Origin: Escherichia coli
GTDB lineage: Bacteria; Pseudomonadota; Gammaproteobacteria; Enterobacterales; Enterobacteriaceae
Assembly: GCF_016903815.1 (NCBI RefSeq)
Contig: NZ_CP069973.1
Direction: 5' to 3' (one strand)
Length of the DNA: 64,000 nucleotides
Shown piece by piece: positions 44,043 through 57,521 of this stretch. The notes below the pieces were generated by a model that worked only from the letters and a program-made list of their open reading frames with translations, made no database searches and was not told the DNA's origin. Made by a program: the position numbers and the translations under genes. The stretch's first letter is position 1. Each line of letters opens with the position of its first letter.

Positions 44043-45041
44043 TTATTTCTTGCTGAATTCAGCCAGGTTGTCTTTATCTACGCCAACATAAGGTACGCGG
44101 ACCACTTTGTTGTCGATTTTCCAGTTGGTGCCATCAGCCGCACCTTTGCCATCGGCCAGGTTTTTCGCCAAATCAAAGGTCGCTTTCGCCTGGTTGTTAG
44201 CATCGTTCAGTACGGTGCCCGCCAGTGCACCGGATTTCACCAGCGCCAGCGCTTCTGGCAGCGCATCGACGCCAAACACCGGAATGCTGGACTTGTTGTG
44301 TGCTTTCAGTGCTTCTACCGCGCCCATTGCCATCGCATCGTTGTTGGCGATAACCACTTCGATTTTGTTGGCGTTCGGGCCAGACAGCCAGGCGTCCATC
44401 TTATCTTTCGCCTGAGCGGTATCCCACATAGCGGTATCTAACTGTAACTGTTCAGTTTTGATGCCTTTGTCGTTCAATTCTTTAATCACGTAAGTGGTAC
44501 GTGCTTCTGCATCCGGATGGCCCGGCTCACCTTTCAGCAGTACGAACTGAATCTGACCGTCTTTGTTCAGATCCCAACCCTGATTCGCCGCCCAGTGTTT
44601 AGCAATCAAATCGCCCTGAATAATGCCGGACTCTTTGGAGTCAGTGCCAACGTAGTAGGCTTTGTCGTAGCTATCCAGCGCCTTACGAGATGGTTCTTTG
44701 TTAAAGAAAACCACCGGCACGTTTTGCCCACGCGCTTTCTCAATCACCGTACCCGCAGCTGCCGGGTCAACCAGGTTGATTGCCAGTGCCTTCACCCCTT
44801 TCGCCAGCAATACGTCGATCTGATCGTTCTGCTTGGACTGGTCATTCTGAGAATCATTCATCAGCAGCTGAACATCTGGCGCGGCTTTCGCATCTTGCTC
44901 AATAGCCTTGCGCACTACAGACATAAAGTTATCGTCGTACTTATAGATTGTTACACCAATGCGAGTATCAGCAGCGTGTGCAGCGGCACCGAATAACATG
45001 CTGGCCATCACAGCAGATAGGGTTAACACCTTCTTATTCAT
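44043..45041 (-). CDS. mglB: Periplasmic D-galactose/D-glucose-binding protein
   Basis: Signal peptide ending AHA then [17 protein letters not shown]; 332 aa. Confidence 0.95.
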   Translation of the reverse strand: MNKKVLTLSAVMASMLFGAAAHAADTRIGVTIYKYDDNFMSVVRKAIEQDAKAAPDVQLLMNDSQNDQSKQNDQIDVLLAKGVKALAINLVDPAAAGTVIEKARGQNVPVVFFNKEPSRKALDSYDKAYYVGTDSKESGIIQGDLIAKHWAANQGWDLNKDGQIQFVLLKGEPGHPDAEARTTYVIKELNDKGIKTEQLQLDTAMWDTAQAKDKMDAWLSGPNANKIEVVIANNDAMAMGAVEALKAHNKSSIPVFGVDALPEALALVKSGALAGTVLNDANNQAKATFDLAKNLADGKGAADGTNWKIDNKVVRVPYVGVDKDNLAEFSKK

Positions 45042-45292
45042 GGTATCTCCGGTTTTTCTTATGCAGGGTAGTGCTTGAGATAAATGCTCGGCGGGGCAGT
45101 AGAGTTAATGAAGTGTTACTGAACGCCGAAGCTCACTTTTTAAAATTCGTTCTTCCATGCCCGGTAACGCTCCAGAAAACGGCTTTAATTGTTGTTATGA
45201 CGCTATTACCTCGGTGAAAGTGATTATTCACTGTTACATACGGGTTACAACGTTAAAACGGTGCAATCATAGCTATCACATTGTTAAGATAC

Positions 45293-45308
45293 TGTGAAAT
45301 CACTCACA
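45293..45308. promoter_or_regulatory. Candidate CRP binding site in the mglB upstream region
   Basis: TGTGAaatcacTCACA, a perfect match to the CRP half-site consensus with 6-bp spacer. Confidence 0.5.
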
Positions 45309-45320
45309 GATTGAAAGCGG

Positions 45321-46361
45321 TTACATCGCCAGATTTGTTGAGTTAGTGATCGCCGCCGCATTCTGGCGCGTTGCGACAGAATGGCGACGCACTAACGTCG
45401 GCATAAAACAGTGGCTGGCACGCGGATCAATATTGCCTGCTGCCCCCTGCAAGGCCAGTTCGGTGGCTAATTTAGCCATTGAAGCAATGGGATAACGCAC
45501 AGTCGTTAATTGCGGGTCGGTGTAACGGGCGATGGGAATATCATCGAAACCGATGATTGAGAGATGTAACGGAATCGCAATGCCATTATCTTTTAATGCT
45601 GTCAGTGCGCCAGCGGCCATATTGTCGTTATAAGCAAATACAGCGGTAAGTTGTAGATTGCGCCCCAGCAGTTCAACCATCGCCGCCTCACCGCCCGGCA
45701 TGTCCGGCGTGCCAGTGCCAATCCAGCTTTCCGGCGGAATAATATCCTGCTCTTTCAACGCACTCATCCAGCCTGCTTTACGCATGGCGTCATCTTCAAT
45801 GCCGTGACTGGAAGAAAGATAACCAATACGTTGATGACCGTTATTCAGCAACATGCGCGTCGCCATTCGGGCACCGCTGAGATTATCCAGGCAAACGCAA
45901 CGATGGGCGTACCCCGGCACAACGCGGTTGATTAACACCATACCGGGAATGTTACCCATAAATTGTGCCAGTTCATCGTCACTCAATGCTTTTGAGTGAA
46001 CAATCAACGCATTACAACGCTGGCGAATTAACACCTCAATGGCGTGACGCTCTTTTTCCGCTTCATGATAGCTATTGCCGATTAGCACGTATTTCTGATG
46101 CTGCTGGGCGACCAGACCCACCGCTTTTACCAGCGCGCCGAAAAACGCATCAGAAACGTCCATCACCACCACGCCAATGGTGTCGCTAACCTGAGTTGCC
46201 AGCGCCTGGGCATTGGCATTTGGTCGATAATCCAGCTCACTAACGGCTTTCATTACTGCTTCACGCGTGTCGGCACTGACCAGCGTGCTGTTATTGAGCA
46301 CTCGGGAAACCGTTGCCACAGAGACGCCAGCCTGACGCGCTACATCACGAATGGTGATCAT
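45321..46361 (-). CDS. galS: LacI-family repressor
   Basis: [26 protein letters not shown]; 346 aa. Confidence 0.9.
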   Translation of the reverse strand: MITIRDVARQAGVSVATVSRVLNNSTLVSADTREAVMKAVSELDYRPNANAQALATQVSDTIGVVVMDVSDAFFGALVKAVGLVAQQHQKYVLIGNSYHEAEKERHAIEVLIRQRCNALIVHSKALSDDELAQFMGNIPGMVLINRVVPGYAHRCVCLDNLSGARMATRMLLNNGHQRIGYLSSSHGIEDDAMRKAGWMSALKEQDIIPPESWIGTGTPDMPGGEAAMVELLGRNLQLTAVFAYNDNMAAGALTALKDNGIAIPLHLSIIGFDDIPIARYTDPQLTTVRYPIASMAKLATELALQGAAGNIDPRASHCFMPTLVRRHSVATRQNAAAITNSTNLAM

Positions 46362-46502
46362 ATTCACTACCTGTTATGAGATTGCAGTAAATGACTGCTT
46401 GCTGGCGGCTATTTTGTCAGCACTGAATACAGGACTTCGTGAATCGAGTCACAGCAATGGAAACGGTTACAGCCGTTTTGTTAACGAATGTGATCCAGAT
46501 CG

Positions 46503-47660
46503 TTATCTTGATGTTTTAGATATTGCCGGTCCGGCAGCACGCAAAGTTAACTGACGCCAGAGCCATTCCATCGGCCCCTGGCGGAAGTAACGCAGCCAGA
46601 TAACAGAGAAGAGGATATTCGCCAGCCATACCGGAATAACAAACGCCAGCAGCTCCAGGCGGTCAAACAGCATAAACAAACCGAGGTGGTAAAAAAGCGT
46701 GGTACAAATCAGCGTTTGCAATAGATAGTTGGTCAGTGCCATCCGTCCGACGCAGGCGATTGCCAGTACCAGCTTAAAGCGGCTTAATTGCGGCCAGAAG
46801 CCATAAAACAGCGACGCATAGCCAATCGCCTGAAACGGCGCACTCAGTTCCCGCGGCATTTGAAGTAAGAAGGCACACCAGCGATACGCCCAGTCCAGCT
46901 GCCATTGCAGGGCGATGGCAGGAAGGTTAATGGTCACCCCAATCGCCACCAGCACAAAACCAGTACGACGATAGTGACGTAAGCTGAACTGCCCTTTCAG
47001 CCAGCCGCTGCGCATCAGCGCCGCACCAATGAGCATCATCCCTGCCAGTTGCCAGCCATACTGTGCGCCCAGTGCCAGTAAACTGTTGCCAACACCGTCG
47101 GCACGATTACTGATCGCTTCAACGCCGCCGTGAAGCTTCCAGTATTTTTCATACAAAATAGCCGATGCATCCGGCGTCCAGGCGCGGCTGGTCTGGCTGT
47201 CGGAAATCAGCCCCAATAACATCAAAACGCCAAGCCCCACCAGATAAAGCATGACGCCTGTATTAAACAGGCTTTTTACTGATGGCGCATCGCGCACCAG
47301 CCGCCAGCAGATTAAGCCCACCAGCCCGTAAGCCAGCAGAATATCGCCGTCCCAGAACAATAAACCGTGAATAAAGCCCAGCAAGACTAACAGCGTTAAC
47401 CGCGACTGGATCCAGCGTCTGCCACGGGGCAGCAACATTTGCAGGCCAGCACCAAACAGCAGCGCAAAAAGCGTGAGGAATTTCACCTGGCCGATGAGAT
47501 CGAGAAATGCCCAGGTCCATGCATCCTGCGGCGTAATAGCGCCGTACCAGGCGGGATTGAGATAAGCCGCCTTTGGTAGCCCAAAGGCGCTGATGTTTAA
47601 TAGCAGGATCCCCAGAATGGCGACGCCGCGAACAAAATCGAGCGTGACGTTGCGCTCCAT
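46503..47660 (-). CDS. yeiB: DUF418-family inner membrane protein
   Basis: 385 aa polytopic. Confidence 0.8.
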   Translation of the reverse strand: MERNVTLDFVRGVAILGILLLNISAFGLPKAAYLNPAWYGAITPQDAWTWAFLDLIGQVKFLTLFALLFGAGLQMLLPRGRRWIQSRLTLLVLLGFIHGLLFWDGDILLAYGLVGLICWRLVRDAPSVKSLFNTGVMLYLVGLGVLMLLGLISDSQTSRAWTPDASAILYEKYWKLHGGVEAISNRADGVGNSLLALGAQYGWQLAGMMLIGAALMRSGWLKGQFSLRHYRRTGFVLVAIGVTINLPAIALQWQLDWAYRWCAFLLQMPRELSAPFQAIGYASLFYGFWPQLSRFKLVLAIACVGRMALTNYLLQTLICTTLFYHLGLFMLFDRLELLAFVIPVWLANILFSVIWLRYFRQGPMEWLWRQLTLRAAGPAISKTSR

Positions 47661-47676
47661 GGTTCCTGCCTTTTAA

Positions 47677-48345
47677 TCAGTTGTGATGACGCACAGCGCG
47701 CAGAAATTCGTGGCGCGTATTCTGACTGGATTTGAACAATCCACCAAGAGAGGTCGTTGTTGTGGCACTGGTTGCGTCGCGGATGCCACGCGCTTTCACG
47801 CAGTAATGCACCGCGTCGATAGAGACAGCCACGTTATTGGTGCCCAGCAGCGTTTGTAGCGCAATGAGAATTTGCTGGGTCAGACGTTCCTGCACCTGCG
47901 GACGCTGGGCAAAGAACTGCACGATGCGGTTAATTTTTGACAGACCGATCACCGAATCTTTCGGGATATAAGCCACCGTCGCTTTGCCATCTATGGTAAC
48001 AAAATGGTGTTCACAGGTGCTGGTCAGGGTGATATCGCGCACGGTGACCATTTCATCGACCTTCATTTTGTTTTCAATGAGGGTGATTTTCGGGAAATTG
48101 GCGTAATCCAGACCGGAGAAAATTTCATCGACATACATTTTAGCGATGCGATGCGGCGTTTCCATCAAACTGTCATCAGCCAGGTCGAGATTCAGCAGCT
48201 GCATGATTTCGGTCATATGACCAGCAATAAGGCTTTTGCGCGTTTCGTTATCCATTTCATGCACGGGCGGGCGCAGCGGTGTTTCCAGTCCTCGCGCAAC
48301 TAACGCTTCATGAACCAGGGCCGCTTCTTTACTGAGTGATGGCAT
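47677..48345 (-). CDS. folE: GTP cyclohydrolase I
   Basis: 222 aa, ...[22 protein letters not shown] motif region. Confidence 0.95.
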
Positions 48346-48569
48346 TTATGATTTCTCCTGCAGGTGTGACGCCTCCGCCCTGCGTGGGGGCAAAGTTATT
48401 AAGCTGATTTACAGCCTGATTATTGTGCGTGAGGCGGCGCACATAATCCAGTATTCACAGCGATAATTATTGTAATTGCCGCTGCCTTTCATCAGCAGAT
48501 GTTAAAACATCGTTATGCAAATACGGAAGTGAAAGTTACTCACAGCACATTGAATAAACGGTATGATGA

Positions 48570-49439
<870 letters not shown>

Positions 49440-49442
49440 AGT

Positions 49443-49461
49443 CTGCCCGGTTCGCCGGGCA
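49443..49461. terminator. Short hairpin between convergent yeiG and cirA
   Basis: gcccgg ttc gccgggc. Confidence 0.5.
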
Positions 49462-49469
49462 TCTTCTCA

Positions 49470-51449
49470 TCAGAAGCGATAATCCACTGCCATAAAGTAA
49501 CGACGTCCGTCTTCGTTATAGCTGTAATCGTCACGACTGAGATCCTTGTCGCCAAGGTTCAGCACGCCTGCGCGCAGTTTGACGTCTTTAGTCACCTGCC
49601 AGGCCGCACCGGTATTCCAGATGGTATAACCGCCCGGTGTTTTAGCCGTCGCGCTGTCGGCGCGTTTCTGCCCGGTATAGTGACCAGAAACATAGAATGA
49701 CCAGTCTTCCAGCGCCAGCGGTTTCCAGTCCAGCGTACCGTTAGCGGTATGGAACGGCAGATCGGATAAAGGTTTATTTTCGCCGTTGCTGACATCACGA
49801 CCATCGTTGTAGGTGTAGTTGAGTGACAGTTTCCATTCATCGTTGAACGGAATTTTCAGCTCGGTTTCCACGCCCTGAATACGTGCTTTGTTAACGTTGT
49901 AGTAGCTGAATACCGGCACACCGTTCGCTGTAAAACCAACAAAGTTTTGGTAGCCCGGTGCAGCGTTGACGTCAGACGTACGGCTGATGCTGATACGATC
50001 TTTCACATCGTTACGGAAAACGGTAACGCTGGACTCCACCCCTTCCAGCCAGCCGTCTTCGCCCATGTAGTAAAGCCCCAGTTCCCAACTTTCGCTGGTT
50101 TCTGGTTTCAGATCCGGGCTACCCACAATCTTACATGCGCCACGGCAAGAATTGCTCGTCCAGTCAGGGCTAAGTTGCAACAGAGAAGGTGCTTTAAATG
50201 CCGTCGCCCAGCCCCCTTTTACCGTTACGGTGTCGGTGGCGTTATAAACCAGGTAGGCACGCGGACTCCAGTGTTCACCGTAGGTTTCATGATCGTCCAT
50301 ACGTACGCCGGTCGTCAGCGCCAGCGGCTCGAAGATCCGCCATTCATCTTCCACAAACAGCGCGTACTGGCTGGCAGACGTTTTGGAGCTGGTTCCCCCA
50401 GTCAGGTTCACCGCATCGCTAAGTTTGTCGTGACGCCATTCACCGCCAACCGTGAGAAACTGATTAATCGCCGTCAGCGGCAACGTGTATTTGCCGTCGA
50501 CCGTATTGCTTTCGGAAGTTATCGGGCTGCTGTTGCCAGGGTTTTTGTTCTCGACTTTCTCACCGTAGTATTTCAGTTCGCTGGTGCCGTAATCCCAACG
50601 CCCATTATGGCTGACGGAGTAGTTCTGGCGTTCCAGGCGGTTTTTGTCCAGCGAGTCGGAATCACGATCCTGACGGTCGAAACCGTATCCGGCAGTAAAA
50701 TCGTGATTTTGATTCGGTGTCCAGGCAAATTCGACATTGCCGTCGCGGCTGGAGAATCCTTCAATACGCGGCGTTTCTCCGGTATCGGTGGTCGTTGAGT
50801 TTTGCGGGTCATCCTTTTCACGTTTTGCCAGGCTGCCGTAAGCTTTCATTCCCAGCACACCGTCAATTAATGGTCCGCTGGTAAAGAACTGACCGTTATA
50901 GGTATCACCGCGATCGCGATGTTCCTGAATGGTGGTATCGACGGTAACGGTACCCGACCATTTCTGACCGATTTTTTTGGTGATGATATTCACTACACCG
51001 CCGAGCGCATCGGAACCGTACAGCGACGACATCGGGCCACGGACCACTTCAATACGTTCGATGGAATCGACCGGGATCCAGTTCAGATCGAAATCATTGT
51101 GGCGGAAGACGGCATTGCGGGAGTTAACGCGTTTACCGTCGACGAGAATCAGGGTGTAGCTGCTGTCAAGACCACGAATACTAACGCCCTTACGGTTATC
51201 CCCTTCGTTCGTCAGTTGTACGCCAGGCACTTCTTTGAGGACATCCTTCAGATTCTGTACCGGTTTTCGCTGCAGGTCTTCCTGGGTAATGACGCTGATA
51301 CTGGCGGGTGCATCTTTAAGGTTTTGCTCAACGGAAGATGCAGTGACAACCATCGTTTCGCCATCATCATCGACCGCTAACACAGGCCATGCACAAGAAA
51401 TAGCGGACAAACACAGCCCGACCCGTACGAAAGGGTTCAACCTAAACAT
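49470..51449 (-). CDS. cirA: TonB-dependent catecholate siderophore / colicin I receptor
   Basis: Signal peptide [25 protein letters not shown], TonB box region, terminal aromatic ...VDYRF. Confidence 0.9.
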   Translation of the reverse strand: MFRLNPFVRVGLCLSAISCAWPVLAVDDDGETMVVTASSVEQNLKDAPASISVITQEDLQRKPVQNLKDVLKEVPGVQLTNEGDNRKGVSIRGLDSSYTLILVDGKRVNSRNAVFRHNDFDLNWIPVDSIERIEVVRGPMSSLYGSDALGGVVNIITKKIGQKWSGTVTVDTTIQEHRDRGDTYNGQFFTSGPLIDGVLGMKAYGSLAKREKDDPQNSTTTDTGETPRIEGFSSRDGNVEFAWTPNQNHDFTAGYGFDRQDRDSDSLDKNRLERQNYSVSHNGRWDYGTSELKYYGEKVENKNPGNSSPITSESNTVDGKYTLPLTAINQFLTVGGEWRHDKLSDAVNLTGGTSSKTSASQYALFVEDEWRIFEPLALTTGVRMDDHETYGEHWSPRAYLVYNATDTVTVKGGWATAFKAPSLLQLSPDWTSNSCRGACKIVGSPDLKPETSESWELGLYYMGEDGWLEGVESSVTVFRNDVKDRISISRTSDVNAAPGYQNFVGFTANGVPVFSYYNVNKARIQGVETELKIPFNDEWKLSLNYTYNDGRDVSNGENKPLSDLPFHTANGTLDWKPLALEDWSFYVSGHYTGQKRADSATAKTPGGYTIWNTGAAWQVTKDVKLRAGVLNLGDKDLSRDDYSYNEDGRRYFMAVDYRF

Positions 51450-51617
51450 TCCATATCTCCATGAGGTAACTACGAAAATAAAATGGGTATCGCTCACATC
51501 TTCTTTACGTCCCCTTGCGTACGGCAGCATCGCGGTGGACTTATTTGTATGCAGGTGATCATCCCAGAAAGCCGGAACAGCCTCTGATTTGTCAGCCTTT
51601 TTTGATTGCGGCGTAAC

Positions 51618-51645
51618 GATAATGCAAACGATAACAATTATCAAT
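51618..51645 (-). promoter_or_regulatory. Candidate Fur box in the cirA upstream region
   Basis: Minus-strand reading tgataattgttatcgtttgcattatcg resembles the GATAATGATAATCATTATC consensus. Confidence 0.5.
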
Positions 51646-51695
51646 CCAAATGTTAAATTTTATATCCGCATGATTTGTCAGGGAAATGGAATTGA

Positions 51696-51722
51696 AAAAG
51701 CCCTCTCGGTTGAGAGGGCTTA
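51696..51722 (-). terminator. Rho-independent terminator after lysP
   Basis: aagccctctc-ggtt-gagagggctt hairpin, followed by a T-run on the minus strand. Confidence 0.6.
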
Positions 51723-51740
51723 GCAAGGAAGGGAGGAAAC

Positions 51741-53210
51741 TTATTTCTTATCGTTCTGCGGGAACTTCATTTCACTGTAGCGTACGAAGTGAGTTCCTTT
51801 AATCAGCTTGTAGCCGAACCAAATAATCAGGAACAGCGGGATACCAATATACGTTGCCGCTACGCCGCCCCAGTCAATGGTATCTTTAAGGAACGCTTCG
51901 TAGTTCTGGCCCAAAGTGATAATCAGACACAGAATGAATGCGAAGATCGGCCCCAATGGGAAGAAACCTGAACGGTACGGCAGATCGTTAATGTCGTGTC
52001 CCTGCAATACGTAACCGCGACGGAAGCGATAGTGGCTAATGGCAATCCCCAGCCAGGCGATAAAACCGGTCATCCCGGAGGTGTTCAGCAGCCACAGGTA
52101 TACCGTCTGGTTGCCAAACATGGAGGTCAGGAAGCACAGACCGGCAATCACCGTCGTCGCATACAGCGCATTACGCGGCACGCCACCACGCGACAGTTTA
52201 GCGAAAATGCGCGGCGCTTTACCGTCACACGCCAGGGTGTACAGCATACGAGTAGACGCATACATACCGGAGTTACCCGCTGACAGCACCGCCGTCAGAA
52301 TAACTGCGTTCATCACCGCCGCCGCAGAGAGCAGACCCGCGTGCTGGAACACCAGGGTGAACGGACTGACGCTGATGTCTTTAACATCGTTACGCAGCAG
52401 GCTCGGATCGGTGTACGGAATAATCAGGCTGATAATCAGGATCGCGAACACATAGAACAACAGGATTCGCCAGAACACCTGACGTACCGCGCGTGGAATG
52501 TTTTTCGCCGGATCTTCGGACTCGCCTGCAGCAATACCGATCAGCTCGGTTCCCTGGAAAGAGAAGCCGACAATCATAGCTACGCCGATCATCGCCGCAA
52601 AACCACCAGCAAACGGCGCTTCGCCGATTGTCCAGTTGCTCCAGCCCGCAGGCTGCGCGCCTTTGAAGATACCGATAATCATCAGCACGCCAACGATGAT
52701 AAAGACAATAACTGTCGTGACTTTGATCAGTGAGAACCAGTATTCCGCTTCACCAAAGCCGCGAACTGAGATGTAGTTCAGCAGGAAGATAACGCCGAGG
52801 AACAGCGCACTCCAGATCCAGCCCGGTGTATCCGGGAACCACCAGCTCATGACCAGCTGAGCTGCAACCAGGTCAACGGCGATAGTCACCGCCCAGTTGT
52901 ACCAGTAGTTCCAGCCCAGCGCGAAGCCAAAGCCTTCTTCAACATAGTTCTGACCATAAGTGGCAAACGAACCGGAAACCGGCATATATGCAGCCAGTTC
53001 ACCGAGACTGGTCATCAGGAAGTAAACCATCAGGCCAATCAACATATACGAGAGCAATGCCCCGCCCGGACCTGCCTGAGAAATCGTTGCGCCAGAGGCA
53101 ACAAAAAGACCTGTACCGATGGAACCGCCAATGGCAATCATCGTCAGGTGACGCGCCTTTAATTCACGGCGTAAGCCCGGCGCTTCTGTGGTTTTAGTTT
53201 CGGAAACCAT
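51741..53210 (-). CDS. lysP: Lysine-specific permease (APC family)
   Basis: 489 aa, 12 TM. Confidence 0.95.
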   Translation of the reverse strand: MVSETKTTEAPGLRRELKARHLTMIAIGGSIGTGLFVASGATISQAGPGGALLSYMLIGLMVYFLMTSLGELAAYMPVSGSFATYGQNYVEEGFGFALGWNYWYNWAVTIAVDLVAAQLVMSWWFPDTPGWIWSALFLGVIFLLNYISVRGFGEAEYWFSLIKVTTVIVFIIVGVLMIIGIFKGAQPAGWSNWTIGEAPFAGGFAAMIGVAMIVGFSFQGTELIGIAAGESEDPAKNIPRAVRQVFWRILLFYVFAILIISLIIPYTDPSLLRNDVKDISVSPFTLVFQHAGLLSAAAVMNAVILTAVLSAGNSGMYASTRMLYTLACDGKAPRIFAKLSRGGVPRNALYATTVIAGLCFLTSMFGNQTVYLWLLNTSGMTGFIAWLGIAISHYRFRRGYVLQGHDINDLPYRSGFFPLGPIFAFILCLIITLGQNYEAFLKDTIDWGGVAATYIGIPLFLIIWFGYKLIKGTHFVRYSEMKFPQNDKK

Positions 53211-53414
53211 ACAAAAATGCTATCCATCTTAAAAATGAGGCGCGATTGTAGCAGACGATTGGCAATCCTTCCGGCAGAAATACACGGTTATAAGACACCT
53301 TCATGATCGCCCAGGGATTATAAGTAAAGCAGCCAATCTCTTTTCTGGCGAATGCATGCTGAGGGCGCTGCGTCACGAAATCGACACAGCACCAGCATGT
53401 TCTTGTACAGCAAC

Positions 53415-54296
53415 TTAACGCGGTACATTCGCGGGATCGCAATAGTCCAGAAAGCGCCGTAGCGCGTTGGAAAGGTGTTTTTGCCGATGATGTATACGCC
53501 ACAACGTACGCATCAGGCGCGGCAGAGGGACCGCAACTTCACTTAATGTGCCTGCCTGCAATTGATCTTCAATCACCCGTCGCGACAGGCAACTAATTCC
53601 CAACCCATGACGCACCGCATGTTTGATTGCCTCGGAGTTACCTAATTCCATCGCCATCTCAAACTTCGGTAAATGTGACAGCAACAGATAATCGACAATC
53701 TCCCGCGTGCCGGAGCCGCGTTCACGCAGGATCCACGGCGCAGCGGCCAGCTGTTCTAAGGTGACAGGTCCACGAGCCAATGGCGAAGTCGGCGCGGCGA
53801 AAACCACCAGCTCGTCTTCCAGCCACGGTTCTGAGATGATTTCAGTGCTGTGGCACGGTCCTTCAATAAAGCCAATATCAACGCGGAAATCCAGCACCGC
53901 TTGCATCACGTCCTGGCTGTTCCCAACGCTAAGTTCAATCGGCAACTGCGGATAATCATGGCGATAACGGGCGATAACTGCAGGCAGAATGTAGTTACCG
54001 ATGGTACTACTGGCATAGATACGAATCGCACCGTTGTCTTCGCGAAACAGTTGTTCGATTTCGATCGCCTGTTCAAGCAGTGCCAACGCGCGCGGATAGA
54101 GCAGCCGCCCGTGTTCATTAACAACCAGTCTTTTCCCCACGCGATCAAACAGTTGCACGCCAAGCTGCCCTTCCAGGTCGGTCAAGGCTGCGCTCACTGC
54201 TGATTGCGACAACGCCAGCATCACCGACGCCTGGGTGGTTGATCCACTTTTCAATACTTCTGCAAAAACTTCCAACTGCCGGAGGGTGATGTGCAT
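53415..54296 (-). CDS. yeiE: LysR-type transcriptional regulator
   Basis: [27 protein letters not shown]; 293 aa; divergent from yeiH. Confidence 0.85.
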   Translation of the reverse strand: MHITLRQLEVFAEVLKSGSTTQASVMLALSQSAVSAALTDLEGQLGVQLFDRVGKRLVVNEHGRLLYPRALALLEQAIEIEQLFREDNGAIRIYASSTIGNYILPAVIARYRHDYPQLPIELSVGNSQDVMQAVLDFRVDIGFIEGPCHSTEIISEPWLEDELVVFAAPTSPLARGPVTLEQLAAAPWILRERGSGTREIVDYLLLSHLPKFEMAMELGNSEAIKHAVRHGLGISCLSRRVIEDQLQAGTLSEVAVPLPRLMRTLWRIHHRQKHLSNALRRFLDYCDPANVPR

Positions 54297-54394
54297 AGTC
54301 GCTTACCACTTATAAAGATTAATTATAAATATATAATCAATTTTATTTTTAAACCAGTTAGTCGTAACCTTATGCCCGGTTAAAGGAGAGGGTT

Positions 54395-55444
54395 ATGACG
54401 AATATCACCTTACAGAAACAACATCGTACACTGTGGCATTTTATTCCGGGGTTAGCCCTGAGTGCAGTTATCACCGGGGTCGCCCTGTGGGGTGGTTCCA
54501 TTCCCGCGGTTGCGGGTGCCGGGTTTAGTGCCCTCACCCTCGCAATCTTGTTGGGGATGGTTTTAGGCAACACCATCTATCCGCACATCTGGAAAAGCTG
54601 TGACGGTGGTGTGCTGTTTGCCAAGCAATATTTATTACGTCTGGGTATCATTCTTTATGGCTTCCGTCTGACGTTCTCGCAAATTGCCGATGTCGGTATC
54701 AGTGGGATCATCATTGACGTGTTGACGCTGTCCAGTACCTTCCTGCTGGCTTGCTTCCTGGGGCAGAAAGTGTTTGGTCTGGATAAGCACACCAGCTGGT
54801 TGATCGGTGCCGGTAGCAGTATTTGTGGTGCTGCCGCGGTACTGGCGACTGAGCCGGTAGTGAAAGCGGAAGCCAGTAAAGTAACCGTGGCTGTTGCAAC
54901 CGTTGTTATCTTCGGGACCGTCGCGATTTTCCTCTACCCGGCGATATATCCGCTGATGTCTCAATGGTTTAGTCCGGAAACTTTCGGTATCTACATTGGT
55001 TCTACTGTGCACGAAGTGGCGCAGGTGGTGGCGGCAGGTCATGCCATCAGCCCGGATGCAGAAAACGCAGCAGTTATTTCCAAAATGCTGCGCGTGATGA
55101 TGCTGGCTCCGTTCCTCATCCTGCTGGCGGCGCGTGTTAAACAGCTGTCTGGGGCGAACAGCGGCGAGAAAAGCAAAATCACTATTCCGTGGTTTGCCAT
55201 CTTGTTCATCGTAGTTGCCATCTTTAACTCGTTCCACCTGTTACCGCAGAGCGTGGTGAACATGCTGGTAACGCTGGATACCTTCCTGCTGGCAATGGCG
55301 ATGGCGGCGCTGGGTCTGACCACTCACGTCAGCGCGCTGAAAAAAGCCGGGGCGAAACCTCTGCTGATGGCACTGGTACTGTTTGCCTGGCTGATTGTTG
55401 GTGGTGGTGCGATTAACTATGTGATTCAAAGCGTCATCGCATAA
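54395..55444 (+). CDS. yeiH: UPF0324-family inner membrane protein
   Basis: 349 aa polytopic. Confidence 0.8.
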   Translation: MTNITLQKQHRTLWHFIPGLALSAVITGVALWGGSIPAVAGAGFSALTLAILLGMVLGNTIYPHIWKSCDGGVLFAKQYLLRLGIILYGFRLTFSQIADVGISGIIIDVLTLSSTFLLACFLGQKVFGLDKHTSWLIGAGSSICGAAAVLATEPVVKAEASKVTVAVATVVIFGTVAIFLYPAIYPLMSQWFSPETFGIYIGSTVHEVAQVVAAGHAISPDAENAAVISKMLRVMMLAPFLILLAARVKQLSGANSGEKSKITIPWFAILFIVVAIFNSFHLLPQSVVNMLVTLDTFLLAMAMAALGLTTHVSALKKAGAKPLLMALVLFAWLIVGGGAINYVIQSVIA

Positions 55445-55517
55445 ACCACTACATCTTGCTCCTGTTAACCCGCTATCATTACCGTTTTCCTCCAGCGGGT
55501 TTAACAGGAGTCCTCGC

Positions 55518-56375
55518 ATGAAATACATTGGAGCGCACGTTAGTGCTGCTGGCGGTCTGGCAAATGCCGCAATTCGCGCCGCCGAAATCGACGCAACCGC
55601 GTTTGCCTTGTTCACCAAAAACCAACGTCAGTGGCGTGCCGCACCGCTCACGACGCAAACCATCGATGAATTCAAAGCCGCCTGTGAAAAATATCACTAC
55701 ACATCGGCGCAAATTCTTCCCCACGACAGTTATCTGATTAACCTCGGACATCCGGTCGCTGAAGCTCTGGAAAAATCGCGCGATGCGTTTATAGATGAAA
55801 TGCAGCGTTGCGAACAGCTGGGGCTTTCTTTGCTCAACTTCCACCCTGGCAGCCATCTGATGCAGATTTCAGAAGAGGATTGCCTTGCGCGTATTGCCGA
55901 ATCCATCAACATTGCGCTGGATAAAACTCAAGGTGTAACCGCGGTGATTGAAAACACCGCCGGTCAGGGCAGTAACTTAGGGTTTAAATTCGAACATCTC
56001 GCGGCGATTATCGACGGCGTGGAAGATAAATCCCGCGTCGGCGTCTGCATTGATACCTGCCATGCTTTTGCTGCCGGGTATGATTTGCGTACTCCTGCCG
56101 AATGCGAGAAAACGTTCGCGGATTTTGCCCGTATTGTCGGCTTTAAGTATCTGCGCGGGATGCACCTTAACGATGCGAAAAGCACCTTTGGCAGCCGCGT
56201 TGACCGCCATCATAGCCTCGGTGAAGGCAATATCGGTCATGATGCGTTCCGCTGGATCATGCAGGACGACCGTTTCGACGGCATTCCGCTGATCCTTGAA
56301 ACCATCAACCCGGATATCTGGGCAGAAGAGATCGCCTGGCTGAAAGCGCAACAAACTGAAAAAGCGGTAGCCTGA
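55518..56375 (+). CDS. nfo: Endonuclease IV
   Basis: [18 protein letters not shown]-terminus; 285 aa. Confidence 0.95.
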   Translation: MKYIGAHVSAAGGLANAAIRAAEIDATAFALFTKNQRQWRAAPLTTQTIDEFKAACEKYHYTSAQILPHDSYLINLGHPVAEALEKSRDAFIDEMQRCEQLGLSLLNFHPGSHLMQISEEDCLARIAESINIALDKTQGVTAVIENTAGQGSNLGFKFEHLAAIIDGVEDKSRVGVCIDTCHAFAAGYDLRTPAECEKTFADFARIVGFKYLRGMHLNDAKSTFGSRVDRHHSLGEGNIGHDAFRWIMQDDRFDGIPLILETINPDIWAEEIAWLKAQQTEKAVA

Positions 56376-56377
56376 AG

Positions 56378-57466
56378 ATGAACAACCGGGAGAAGGAGAT
56401 CCTTGCAATTTTACGGCGTAACCCGCTGATTCAGCAGAACGAAATTGCGGATATGCTGCAAATCAGCCGTTCGCGCGTTGCGGCGCATATTATGGATTTA
56501 ATGCGCAAAGGCCGGATTAAAGGCAAAGGTTACATTCTCACCGAGCAGGAATACTGCGTAGTGGTGGGGACAATCAATATGGATATTCGCGGGATGGCGG
56601 ATATCCGTTACCCGCAAGCGGCTTCTCATCCCGGTACCATTCATTGCTCGGCAGGCGGCGTTGGACGCAATATCGCCCACAATCTGGCGCTGTTAGGCCG
56701 CGACGTCCATTTGCTTTCAGTGATTGGCGATGACTTTTATGGCGAAATGCTCCTGGAAGAAACGCGCCGCGCCGGCGTGAATGTCTCCGGCTGCGTTCGT
56801 TTACATGGCCAAAGCACATCGACGTATCTGGCAATTGCCGATCGAGACGATCAAACCGTGCTGGCGATTAACGATACCCATCTGCTGGATCAGTTGACAC
56901 CGCAACTACTGAACGGGTCGCGCGATTTACTTCGTCATGCGGGCGTGGTACTGGCTGATTGCAACCTGACAGCCGAGGCGCTGGAGTGGGTCTTTACCCT
57001 CGCTGATGAAATCCCGGTGTTTGTCGATACCGTTTCAGAATTCAAAGCGGGCAAAATCAAACACTGGCTGGCGCATATTCACACCCTGAAACCCACTTTA
57101 CCGGAGCTGGAAATTTTATGGGGACAGGCGATCACCAGCGATGCTGACCGTAATGCCGCAGTGAATGCGTTGCATCAGCAAGGCGTTCAGCAACTGTTTG
57201 TTTATTTGCCCGATGAGTCAGTTTATTGCAGCGAAAAGGATGGAGAGCAATTTTTGCTGACAGCGCCAGCGCATACGACAGTAGACAGTTTTGGTGCTGA
57301 CGATGGTTTTATGGCGGGCCTGGTATATAGCTTTCTGGAGGGAAACAATTTCCGTGACAGCGCCCGTTTTGCGATGGCCTGCGCGGCAATTTCACGCGCC
57401 AGCGGCAGCTTAAACAACCCTACCCTGTCTGCCGATAACGCGCTTTCATTAGTGCCGATGGTGTAA
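56378..57466 (+). CDS. yeiI: Predicted sugar/nucleoside kinase (PfkB family) with N-terminal HTH domain
   Basis: HTH EILAILRRNPLIQQNEIADMLQISRSRVAAHI followed by a ribokinase-like domain (GGVGRNIA; DSFGADDGF); paralogous to the 62979..63920 product. Confidence 0.85.
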   Translation: MNNREKEILAILRRNPLIQQNEIADMLQISRSRVAAHIMDLMRKGRIKGKGYILTEQEYCVVVGTINMDIRGMADIRYPQAASHPGTIHCSAGGVGRNIAHNLALLGRDVHLLSVIGDDFYGEMLLEETRRAGVNVSGCVRLHGQSTSTYLAIADRDDQTVLAINDTHLLDQLTPQLLNGSRDLLRHAGVVLADCNLTAEALEWVFTLADEIPVFVDTVSEFKAGKIKHWLAHIHTLKPTLPELEILWGQAITSDADRNAAVNALHQQGVQQLFVYLPDESVYCSEKDGEQFLLTAPAHTTVDSFGADDGFMAGLVYSFLEGNNFRDSARFAMACAAISRASGSLNNPTLSADNALSLVPMV

Positions 57467-57469
57467 CAA

Positions 57470-57512
57470 TGTTGCCGGATTCGACGCTTGACCGCGTCTT
57501 ATCCGGCTCATA
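57470..57512. repeat. REP-like palindrome after yeiI
   Basis: gccggattcgacgcttgaccgcgtcttatccggc. Confidence 0.45.
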
Positions 57513-57521
57513 ACTCGCGCA

